This document shows, piece after piece, positions 54,538 to 64,000 of a stretch of 64,000 nt of DNA (position 1 is the first letter of the stretch; the number at the start of each line of letters is the position of its first letter). Source of the stretch: Mayamaea pseudoterrestris (lineage: Eukaryota); contig BROI01000037.1 in assembly GCA_027923505.1 (NCBI GenBank), positions 62,001-126,000 on the forward strand, given 5' to 3'. Under the pieces are notes generated by a model, which saw only the letters and a program-made list of their open reading frames with translations, was not told where the DNA came from and did not search any database. The position numbers and the translations under genes were made by a program.

Positions 54538-56719
54538 TTACAGTCTGCTCACTGGCTGAGAAGCGTGCTCCATTTCCACCAGAGTCCTCATTTCAAGCAA
54601 AGCTTCCTCTAACAAATTACTCAACTTGTCCGTCCACTCGTGCTCACGCAGCGCCGTGATGTTAAAGACGCAATGGCGCTTATGGATAGAGTACGCCAAT
54701 CCAACACCGTCCGGTACAACCTCGCCATAGCCCCAGCCGTCAAAGTTTGGGTGCGTCAAATGACTGGTACTGACTCTCCACCGCTTTGATCGAACAAATG
54801 TAGGGTCCGCGTACAAGTCTGGCAACGCTTCACCCTTGTTCGCCAACATGGAAAGGCCAAGAAAGTGCCGATCCACTCCCTGCGCCTTTGCAGCCAGTCC
54901 AATGTATTTGACGTGCGCATCAACAGCTGCTCGCAGCAAATCAAGTTTCTCCTTGCGAGCAGCCGCATCATGCTCATCCATTTTTGGAGAATTTCCCATG
55001 CACTGCACAAAGGCTGCACTCTGCGTCGAAACGGACCGCGTCGTTTCCGTCCGGCCATGAAGAAACGGACGAACCTGCGTCGCCTCGTACGTGCCAGCCT
55101 GCTCGCCCCATAAGCGAAAGGTGGCCACCTGCATGGCCATTTGAACGTACGCGTCAGGTGAAAAGCCTGCCTGCTTGATAAAGTCGCTGCCATATCCTTG
55201 GAAGCTTTGAACATTAAGTGAGTGCTTATTCACAAGTTCGAAATAGTCTTCTTTGGCTGTGAACAGAGTCACAGGAGTGAGAAAAGATGCGTCTTCAATT
55301 ATCACAGCATCAACACATCATTCATTTCTCTTTGCCAAATTGCTTACCTTTGTCTTGCCACGAACCAATAACATTGCCATTTGCTGCAAGCGCTCGAAGC
55401 GCCTCCTCAAACACTGGCGTGACGACACATTCGTCGTCACTGGATCCATAGTCGGCTTCCAAGCACTTGTCGTATGTCATTCTTGTCATGATATCCGCCA
55501 GTCCAACGCACGGCATGCCATCCATCATGGAATGCTCGCCCATGAAGCCAGCCGTGGCATTTTCAGACACTATAATTTGCACCGACTTGTCAAACCATCG
55601 ATTCTTGCCCGACGAATTTCCGCCCCACAGTAGTAGCTTGGCCGTTTCGTTCCGACTCACTGGAGACTCATCGTCCAAGCAAAGAAGGAGTGCGCCACTC
55701 TGCAAGTGATTTAGAGCGTCCAGCATAGCTTGACCGCCAGCGTCAATCAACTGCTCACGCGCGTCGGCCCAGTCGTCGCGGTTCATGCTCGTCATCCAGC
55801 CTAGCTGCGGCACATGACTGTTATGACTCGCCATTTGCACAATTCGCTCCAATCCCTTTTGAATCGCTTTCAACGAGTACGGTTCACCCGTCTCGACGTT
55901 GACAAAGGGCATGCTGTAAAACTGTCCATGTCGCGAAACAATCACGTGACTGTGACGCGACGGGTCATGCAGCTCGTACACATCCTGCTCGCGCTGGGGA
56001 ACGCGCGTCGCGTGAAACATGTACTTGAATGCCACGCTGCAGAGTGGCGTTTGCTGTGGCGGTCTTCCGACAATGTCGGCCGGTTTCTGGCCGCTGCAGA
56101 CTTGGTGGCGAAAGACTGCCGCCGCCTGCAGCAAGGCTGCCGCGCGCTGCAAATTGGTTGCTGCAGAGGGATCGTTCTTGAAGTGAAAAAAGTAGCTCAC
56201 GTTGATCATGATTGATTCGCGCACCTGCAAATAGCCCCACGTGTTCCACCACTGCTGCAGCCACGACGTGTGGCGCAGTTGTTGCTGCCGCTGCTCGAGG
56301 CGCTCCTGCAAGACTTGCGCTTGCGATGAAAACTTTTCGACAGCACTCAACAGTGACTGACGTTCCGCTTCACTCTTGGCGAGCGGCAGTGCCGTGGGAA
56401 GAAATCGTCGTAAGGTTTGGTCCAGGGCTGGCACTGGCAAGCGAGGCAATGAAGATTGATGCTCGTACAAGGGACCGCCAATCAACTCCTCGAGCCACGT
56501 TTCCTGCGTATAGTCGCCGTGACAAGTCACCACGGGAGTTGGCCAGCGCGGCAAACGAGTTGCTGCTGCTGTAGTCGTGTTGTTAGTCTTGTTGTTCGTC
56601 TTACTATGATTCGTTGCCAACGTCGACGACGACGACTTGACGTTGCTGCCGAAACGATTGGCGGGAGACTGTCGCAAAAGACTACGATTCGAGAGTTGCA
56701 GCGTCATTCTAGTCAGCAT
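54538..56719 (-). CDS. CRAT: Carnitine O-acetyltransferase (choline/carnitine acyltransferase family); exons 56719-55348 and 55256-54538
   Basis: LPRLPVP, NRWFDK, EHSMMDG (catalytic His), SPDAYVQMAMQ, TYE...FLHGRTE, GVDRH, STS; intron 55347-55257; C-terminal SRL. Confidence 0.93.
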
Positions 56720-57269
56720 GTCCAGGCAAAGTGAGAAAAGCAGCTAACAATGGAGTTTGTCGAACGTATAAGAGGGCGACTTGCTGCACCTTTTTTAAAT
56801 TGTGTTCCGATTTCAGAAAGGCTTTTGGATGGATTCCAAATGCGGCTCGTCATCATGGTGTCAAGCGATGCTCAAGAGCGGTCGAGCACAAGATCTGGAT
56901 GTGCAACCGTTAAATATATTGTGAACGTTTGCGAGCATTTAGTTGCGCTGCGACGTTCACTTCTGAGCATTAACTGTAAGTTGCGCTGCGACAGTTGTCA
57001 CGCTTGGTAGTGCAACCACAGAAACGGATCCGACCATGATGATGTTCCGCAATCGGCCGATTGCTACATACTTCCCTCCTTTCACCAAGCTGCACATGGG
57101 ATCGGGCGCGCTCAGTGGAAGATTCTGGAGAATTGCGTGGGGACAACCCGAGTCACAAACAAGGCTTTAGCGAGTCGATCTCGCGGGTGGATGCTCAAAA
57201 ACTTTGCTGCATCAGTAAGCAACAGAAAGCGACGCGCAAGTCAACAGCAGGAGCACGAAACAAGGATAT

Positions 57270-57860
57270 AATATGAATTTGGAAGACTCACATGGAAGAG
57301 CGGGTATGCATGGTGATTCGCTGGTGCTCAGCAACGTGGACAACGCGAGCGTTGCTGCTCACGCCGTTTTAGCTTTGATGGATGCGCTTCGCAGCGAAAC
57401 TGGGAATTTATTCAACGAGAGGATTGTCGGGAATTCTTAAAGAAATTGTTCGCAAACACTCAACTTGGGCATGCAATCAGTCGCGTCAAAATGATTACGC
57501 AGATGACGTTTGCCCGAACGTGCGACTGTTTTCATAGGAATGGCGTTTCTGACGGCCATATTGACGCCTTGTCGCCACATTGAATCACTCGAAGTGTGGT
57601 TCAAGAAAAACGAATCTATTGATGAAGGACCGCAGCTCGAGCGCTGTCTACGACAACATCCTAGCTTGCGGCGAATTCAGTTCGATGGATTACGAGAATC
57701 GACTATCCGGATGCTTGTCAGAGTCGCTCCAACTATTCCCCATTTGTCGGCTTTATATTGTATCTTTCTCTGTCAGTGGTCCGCCAGGGTTTGTTAATTT
57801 ACCTTGCTCCCATGCTGCCGAGTTGTGCAAATCTACGAACGCTCATATCTGGGCATAGTC
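57270..57860 (+). pseudogene. Degenerate LRR-like gene fragment
   Basis: HIESLEVWF...LRQHPSLRRIQFDGL...IPHLSAL in a short non-ATG frame with flanking stops; resembles 8831-9322. Confidence 0.35.
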
Positions 57861-58017
57861 GCCGTTTCTTACCAGTGACCAATTAATACACCACGGAATA
57901 TTCATAAAAAGAAAATGACTCTTGTACTTTACAACATCAATCTGTGCATTTTATTTGCAACAGCAGACCACATTATTTACATTCTTTGGCAACCTTCATC
58001 GAATCAAGCCGGCGGCG

Positions 58018-58989
58018 CTAGCTATCCAAGAGATCACCCACACCAGGCAGTACAATGCGCGCAATATCTTCCAATCGGCGCAGCGCCTTTCTAGAATCTT
58101 CATCGCCAGCAAGCGCCGCCTTGTAATACCATAAGCAGGCTTCTGCGTCGCTCTGCGGTACCCCGCGAGCCTCCTCGTAGGCTTCACCAATGCTATATTT
58201 GGCCGTCAAGTGTCCCTGCTCGGCCGCCGCCATGTACCAATCCAATGCCTGTTCATCGCTTTGCTCCACCCCACATCCAAGCTCGTAGCAAAGACCCAGT
58301 TCGGCCATGGCTTCCATGTGACCAGCTTTCGCTGCCTTGGTAAACCATTCGGCTGCCTTGACAACATCAATCTTCACACCATGTAAGGCATACTCGTAAA
58401 CGAGAGCAACCTCATGAGCAGCGTCCACATCCTGACCAAGTGTGTGCGAGGCTTGTAGCCAGGCTAGTCCAGTATATGCGTCGGCTTTCGGAACGCCGTT
58501 ACCCGTCAAGTGACAAATCGCCAATCGCTTCATAGCGGGCGCAAAGCATTCTTTGGAAGAGTCCACTTGTTGGATAGAAATGGAACTAGTAGCGTTATCA
58601 TAGTTGCTGCTCTCATGTAGTAAACCATTTGGAGTCCCCCTTAACGACGCATTCGAAAGCTCCAAGTAGAGCTGCATGGCTTTTATTGGATGAGGCTGCA
58701 GTCCATGTGTGCCTTTTTCAAGTGCCTGCGCCAAATTCCACTTGGCATGCATAGACGATGCAGCTGCATCATACATGAGATTTGACCATGACCGTTGCAC
58801 ACAAGCAAGTTTTGCCAGCTCTCCCCAGTCAGCAAATTCGGTGAAACACTTGTGCAAAAGCTCCGATGGAAGACCAATGCAGTCATTCCCAACAGGCACT
58901 GTAGTCACAACCGCCGCTGATGACTCTCGTTCAGTAACTACCGGTAGGCTACAAGTATGGAAGTAAAGGGGTGGTAAAAGGGATGACAT
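58018..58989 (-). CDS. Sel1-like repeat protein with N-terminal F-box-like motif
   Basis: GLPSELLHKCF..F....L...ACVQRSW; Sel1 repeats AMAELGLCYELGCGVEQSDEQALDWY..AAEQG and AKYSIGEAYEEARGVPQSDAEACLWYYKAALAG. Confidence 0.88.
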   Translation of the reverse strand: MSSLLPPLYFHTCSLPVVTERESSAAVVTTVPVGNDCIGLPSELLHKCFTEFADWGELAKLACVQRSWSNLMYDAAASSMHAKWNLAQALEKGTHGLQPHPIKAMQLYLELSNASLRGTPNGLLHESSNYDNATSSISIQQVDSSKECFAPAMKRLAICHLTGNGVPKADAYTGLAWLQASHTLGQDVDAAHEVALVYEYALHGVKIDVVKAAEWFTKAAKAGHMEAMAELGLCYELGCGVEQSDEQALDWYMAAAEQGHLTAKYSIGEAYEEARGVPQSDAEACLWYYKAALAGDEDSRKALRRLEDIARIVLPGVGDLLDS

Positions 58990-59832
58990 TTCTGATATAG
59001 TGGCGTTAGTATCCGTGTGTTTTTGAAAGCGGAGATGGGTGAATGTGTCGAACCAATGCAAGGTGAAAAAGTGAAGAAAGTAAACAATGGAAGACGATTG
59101 GTCGCAGCTCGCCCCACGTGGCTGCAAGGATGACGCGCGCTCCATGTTGTGACCGGGCAATACAGTTTTGTGCGTCACTCCGCGGTCAAGTTCTGATCGG
59201 TCGTGTTTCGTGCGTCAGTCACGATGCGATGTCGATCGTATTACTCCTACGAACGGTAGCATTGCTTGAAGGTGTCTGGTGCGTCCTTTGCCAGCTACCA
59301 GTAGCCATGGTAATTAGTAAATCATATCCGCAGGGCAGGGAGGTGGTATTAGGATCAATACGGGTTCACAACAGCTGCAAAGCTTTGCATGCTTTGAACT
59401 ATAGTCTTGAATTACAGTTTAGATTGGCAGGCAAATTGGTTGATTGCGTGCAAACCCTCTGCTCAATCACGGCAAACGCTTCGTTACGTTGAGCGTGACG
59501 AGCTCTAGCGTGTACGAAACATGCATATTCAAAACAACTGCCTCAAGAAGGTCAACTGTCCGTTGACATCGGCGCATCGCTTATCCATTCACTGCTTCAC
59601 CATCTGCTCATTGACAAAAGAGTGCTACCCTGCATTGTCACAGGAGTGTACTAGCATGGAAGCAATTTACGTGAACTCGCGGGAGACAGTCCTCTGTACA
59701 GCGACATCAATCATTCACAGGTCTCCTGCCAAAACGTGCAGCGACGGATCGCAGCAAGCCCTTGCCGAGTCAATGGCGCACACCAAGAGCAACTCTTCTA
59801 TATCAACCGCCAGTTATTACTATTCGCCACTG

Positions 59833-62502
59833 ATGGGATGCTGCGGAAGCAATAGTCCGTTTCGCATTTTGGATCGACTGATGAAGCGCAATAAGCGCAA
59901 ACAGCCACGGCGTGTACTGGAGCTTTCACCAGGCGTCGCCAAGCAGTGGTGCATGCTTGGAAAGGTTGCCGCAGCTGCACATGATGATGGTGTTTCAGGC
60001 GGTATAGGCGGCACCATGCCGTCGACGAGGCAGTCGACCAAACAACTGCAGCATCGTGGCAGCCATGCGATGAATGCCGCAAGTAGTGAGTGTCCTACCG
60101 TGACTCACTTGCCACTTACGGATGAGGGTCACGAAACGCCGACGATCGATTCTTCCGAATGGCCATGGCATTCACTTTTTCGCCGCCGACTTTTCCTTGA
60201 TTTCAAGAGTAGCAGCAACTCAACGGAGGGAGATCTCGGAAGTTCAGACGACAGCGTGGGCCTAAAGAGCTTTCGATTGACCGGAAGACGTAAATTTCGA
60301 GTTAATAAAAGCAGCGGCATCATGCCTTCAACGGCTAGTACTTCATTGCTAGACGCGCCAAGTAATACTTCCTCTTCGTTATGGAAGACTGCCAAGGATC
60401 CTGCATCGGGACGAGAGTACTATTACCATGTCGAAACGCGGCAAACTCAGTGGCGCAAGCCCTTGGAACTGGCGACGGCTGATGAGCGCAAGACGTTGAT
60501 GGAGAAGGATCAGCAGCAGCGAGCGTTTTTCCAAGCCATGGAGAAGAATATACTGCAGGGACTTGCTGCAACAAATACGCCACCAGTGACTGCGAAAAAC
60601 ACTTCAGAAAGCGCGTTTGCGAATGAAAAAGAACTTGCTCCGGCTGCTGCAGCTGAGATGAAAATTCCAGCAAGCATTGCTCGTCCAGGTGCCATGCGAG
60701 TTCGAACAATTAGCACAATGGACGTTATGGTTTTGAAAGACTTGATTGAAACGCTCCCATCAAACAACAGTAGCAAGCCGCATGGATCTCGTAGCCAGCG
60801 TCATGGCAGTGCATTCTCTAATGAGGGTGGCAGCAGCGGAGCCTTTAATAGCAGGTCGTCATTGATTTCCATTGTCGAGGACTCGCAGGATGGCGACACG
60901 GATCTTGAATATTCCGAGGAATTGCACAAGAGTCAGGCGATTGTACAAGAGTTCTTTCAGACGCTGCAGGATGAAGAGTGTGATGGGAGTAGTAATGGGA
61001 GTGATGGAGATAATAACATTGATGCAACTGCTGCGTCGGATAGTCACTACAATGAGCAAGACCCGTCCGAGTCGGAGTTTACGGTTGATGCTGATGCGGA
61101 CAATGTTAGAACAAAGTACATGACGGAACAAACACGTCCACGAAGACCTCATGCATTGAGTAGGGATAGCATTGCGTCGAGCGATAGTGCAAGCACGACG
61201 AGTCTGTCGATTAGCGCGTTGGCCTTGGGGAGCGATCGAAACTTGTCAATGTCGGGAAGCATGTCAGATGCGTCTGGTATACTTTCTGAAGATGGATTGG
61301 GCTTGTTGGATGAAGAAGAAATTATGGCGCTTCGGCAGTTGGCGACTGCGGCGAATCAGATGCTGCACTTGGGAGACGAGGAGGAAGAAGATACCAACTT
61401 TGATTTGGACGAAGACGACAGTCTTCAGGGACTTCACATCACGTCGGCTGCTTCAGCTCCGACACCCGACACAATGACTCGTGACTCCTTGAGCTTGACT
61501 GATACAAGTGATTACGTTGGGGACAGGAATGTCAACGGGGATGCTCTTGTCGCATCGACATCTTCGGCGACGAGTCTTCCATCCTTGCCGAAACCAAGCT
61601 CATTGGCTGGAGACTTACCGACACGGTTTCCGGCGCGTCCCAATATGATGCGTCAGCGGCGCAACACTTGTGGAACTATTTACGTCTCCAGTACGCTTTC
61701 GGATCCTGACAAGGACGCTACAATTACCTGTGTCTGTGCCGTCTATCGAACGCATGTCTTGCAGTCGGCCATGGAATCCGCCACTAGTAATGGAAGCGAC
61801 GGCGATGCTGATGATTATCTCATGTTCAACGACTTGACCGTCTTGCAGCGTCGTACAGATCGGGTTCAATTCAAAAATGAGTTGCCAACGGAGCCGCCAA
61901 CTCTTGATGAAATAAGCAGCTTTTATCGTGCCGTCTTTCGTCGCGCTAAGATGGAGGCGGACTGTATCATTATGAGTCTGATTTACGTGGAGCGACTCAT
62001 CAAGAAGACGAATGGCAAGCTCCGTCCGCGACCTGAGAATTGGCGGAGCATCCTGTTTGCCTGCATGGTTCTGTCCTCAAAGGTCTGGGACGACTTGAGC
62101 ATGTGGAATGCTGATTTTTCGCAGACATGTCCCGCTGGTATTCGGTTTCCGCTGCAGAGAATTAACCAGCTAGAAATTGCTGTGCTGGGTTGCCTTGAGT
62201 ACAATGTGAAGGTTAAGGCAGGCGAATATGCCAAGTACTATTTTTTGCTTCGCACGATGCTCATCAAGTCTGGGCTCGGTGGACATGATTTGGATTCGAT
62301 GCTTCCCTTGGACGTTGAGGGTGCGAAGCGACTGCAACAAGTGAGTACGCAGTACCAAACGTCACACTTGCCGAAACCATCATCCTATCGCAGCAGGAGC
62401 GTGGGCATGCTCTCAGCTTCAATGACATTGCTGTCTCCGGGACAAGGATTGGACGCTAAATCGTTTCCCAAAGCTGGCCTGGAGCAGCTTGTTAAGATGT
62501 AG
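59833..62502 (+). CDS. Cyclin Y-like protein with N-terminal WW domain (start uncertain; frame open from 59521)
   Basis: WKTAKDPASGREYYYHVETRQTQWRKP (WW); CIIMSLIYVERL, NWRSIL, SKVWDDLSMWNADF, INQLE, YAKYYF (cyclin Y box); MGCCGS at 59833. Confidence 0.88.
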   Translation: MGCCGSNSPFRILDRLMKRNKRKQPRRVLELSPGVAKQWCMLGKVAAAAHDDGVSGGIGGTMPSTRQSTKQLQHRGSHAMNAASSECPTVTHLPLTDEGHETPTIDSSEWPWHSLFRRRLFLDFKSSSNSTEGDLGSSDDSVGLKSFRLTGRRKFRVNKSSGIMPSTASTSLLDAPSNTSSSLWKTAKDPASGREYYYHVETRQTQWRKPLELATADERKTLMEKDQQQRAFFQAMEKNILQGLAATNTPPVTAKNTSESAFANEKELAPAAAAEMKIPASIARPGAMRVRTISTMDVMVLKDLIETLPSNNSSKPHGSRSQRHGSAFSNEGGSSGAFNSRSSLISIVEDSQDGDTDLEYSEELHKSQAIVQEFFQTLQDEECDGSSNGSDGDNNIDATAASDSHYNEQDPSESEFTVDADADNVRTKYMTEQTRPRRPHALSRDSIASSDSASTTSLSISALALGSDRNLSMSGSMSDASGILSEDGLGLLDEEEIMALRQLATAANQMLHLGDEEEEDTNFDLDEDDSLQGLHITSAASAPTPDTMTRDSLSLTDTSDYVGDRNVNGDALVASTSSATSLPSLPKPSSLAGDLPTRFPARPNMMRQRRNTCGTIYVSSTLSDPDKDATITCVCAVYRTHVLQSAMESATSNGSDGDADDYLMFNDLTVLQRRTDRVQFKNELPTEPPTLDEISSFYRAVFRRAKMEADCIIMSLIYVERLIKKTNGKLRPRPENWRSILFACMVLSSKVWDDLSMWNADFSQTCPAGIRFPLQRINQLEIAVLGCLEYNVKVKAGEYAKYYFLLRTMLIKSGLGGHDLDSMLPLDVEGAKRLQQVSTQYQTSHLPKPSSYRSRSVGMLSASMTLLSPGQGLDAKSFPKAGLEQLVKM

Positions 62503-62587
62503 CTATTTTCGCACCTACACGTACGCGAATTTATAGTTAATTGCCGTTAAAAACAAAGTTTTGTTAGCTACAACTAGCTGGCTTATT

Positions 62588-64000
62588 TTACCAGAAAGTA
62601 AGAAAATCAGCCGTTTCTCGCCAGGCACCTTTAACCATTTTCAGTGGACTCTTTAGTAGTTCATCGACCACCGACGGAGGCATTTCGGCTGGAACTTCCA
62701 TCTCTGGTGCTACTGCACTAAAAATCAGCGGCGCAAATATGAGAATCACAGTTACCCACAAGAGAATGTGCGGTATCATGTCAGTAAGGGAAGGGAGACG
62801 ACCAGTCTTGGGGTGAAAGGAGCTCCGAGCGTCGGTGCGCGCATCAAGCATGGCCTTGGTCTTGGCTGCCTCTGCAATTGCCATTGGTTGCTGGTCCTCG
62901 TAGCGCAGCCGCATTGAAAGCCTCGATCCAAGCAGCTTGGCGAATATCATAATGGTAAGTAATGGATTGACGCCTGGTGACGATGGAAAGATGCTTGAAT
63001 CCATTACAAAGAGGTTGTCAACCTCCCAGCATTCGCCGTTGGTATCAACGACGCCATCAACCGGCGACGAGCTCATGCGACATGATCCAGTTTGATATGT
63101 CGACAGCATGGGTATATCATACGGCTTCATTCCCAGTTTGGGCAGCGACATTAAATACTTCTGGATGCGCGTATCGGTCGCCAAATGAATTACATCACGA
63201 GGACCATCATCGCCGCCAAGGACTAGTCCAGTGTCGCGAACATGACCTGTCACAATTTCCTTAGCACCAGCCGTGGCCAATAGCTTAATACTTCCCTGCA
63301 TAGCCTGCATTATGCTGACCTTGTCCGCCGCGCAAAGACTGTAGCGAACGATTGGAGTATGCCCATCAAGGCCGACTCGTACGCTCCCTTCACTAACGTC
63401 GCGCTGCTGAATCGCCAGCGGAAGAATGCGACGAAACTTGCGCATTCGCTCCTTATATTCGTAAGGAGTTGTCCACGGTAGTAGCATAGACAACAAACCA
63501 GGAAGCACGGGTTGACATAATATCGCAGCGCCATGACCATTATGTTTAAATCCCCGACCAAACTCGCGACAAACGACAGTCTGCGCCGCACCAAGGAACG
63601 AGTCGACTGGCGCATGCTCCATGAAACCAAAGACTGTCGTTGTTGGATGCAGCTTTAGATGCTTACCAATGTGTCGGTTCCGTAGCTTGGATTTTTGCAG
63701 CAAGCATGGAGTTTGCAGTGCACCCGCTCCCATGATGACGGCCCTTCTAGCAACAACAGTCAGCGATAACTGATTCGGTCCAAGTGTGCATTCGGCGCCA
63801 ATGGCTCTGGGCCGATCGGATGTTTTGGTGGACGGATTTGTTAAAATGCGATTGACTTTGCACTGGTCCAGCATGCGGACACCAAACTTGGCTGCCTCCT
63901 GCATGAACACTGAAAGGCTCGTCTTTTTACCAACCATGCCAGTGGAGTCAATTCTGCTGCTGCTGCCGCCTTCATGGCTGACATGCGACACTGGTTGCCA
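62588..64000 (-). CDS. Long-chain fatty alcohol oxidase-like GMC oxidoreductase, C-terminal part (5' end outside the window)
   Basis: GAGALQTPCLLQKS, IGKHLKLHP, GSCRM, GVVDTNGECWEVDNLFVMDSSIFP..PGVNP; C-terminal transmembrane helix. Confidence 0.88.
   Translation of the reverse strand, partial: WQPVSHVSHEGGSSSRIDSTGMVGKKTSLSVFMQEAAKFGVRMLDQCKVNRILTNPSTKTSDRPRAIGAECTLGPNQLSLTVVARRAVIMGAGALQTPCLLQKSKLRNRHIGKHLKLHPTTTVFGFMEHAPVDSFLGAAQTVVCREFGRGFKHNGHGAAILCQPVLPGLLSMLLPWTTPYEYKERMRKFRRILPLAIQQRDVSEGSVRVGLDGHTPIVRYSLCAADKVSIMQAMQGSIKLLATAGAKEIVTGHVRDTGLVLGGDDGPRDVIHLATDTRIQKYLMSLPKLGMKPYDIPMLSTYQTGSCRMSSSPVDGVVDTNGECWEVDNLFVMDSSIFPSSPGVNPLLTIMIFAKLLGSRLSMRLRYEDQQPMAIAEAAKTKAMLDARTDARSSFHPKTGRLPSLTDMIPHILLWVTVILIFAPLIFSAVAPEMEVPAEMPPSVVDELLKSPLKMVKGAWRETADFLTFW

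Overview
Eukaryotic genomic DNA with short GT-AG introns and dense genes on both strands. Gene content (type III glutamine synthetase with a mitochondrial-type presequence, bipartite plastid-type presequences, ShKT-prolyl hydroxylase) points to a diatom. About 23 apparently intact housekeeping or signalling genes flank a gene-poor accessory island at about 7.3-17.4 kb. The island holds frameshifted pseudogenes, a ~730-bp fold-back hairpin, ~105-bp coding tandem repeats, a decayed non-LTR retrotransposon fragment, dispersed degenerate repeats and an AT-rich patch. The strongest novelty candidate is an uninterrupted 1446-aa ORF (50069-54409) fusing a Cid1/TUT-type terminal nucleotidyltransferase, an RGG-repeat linker and a complete phosphoglycerate kinase. 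Other highlights are an in-frame TAG in an otherwise intact sphingosine-1-phosphate lyase, a MITE in the GST/SPL divergent promoter, a tandem pair of small CaaX-box paralogs, and a carnitine acetyltransferase with both mitochondrial-type and peroxisomal signals. All calls come from manual motif recognition; no database searches were run.
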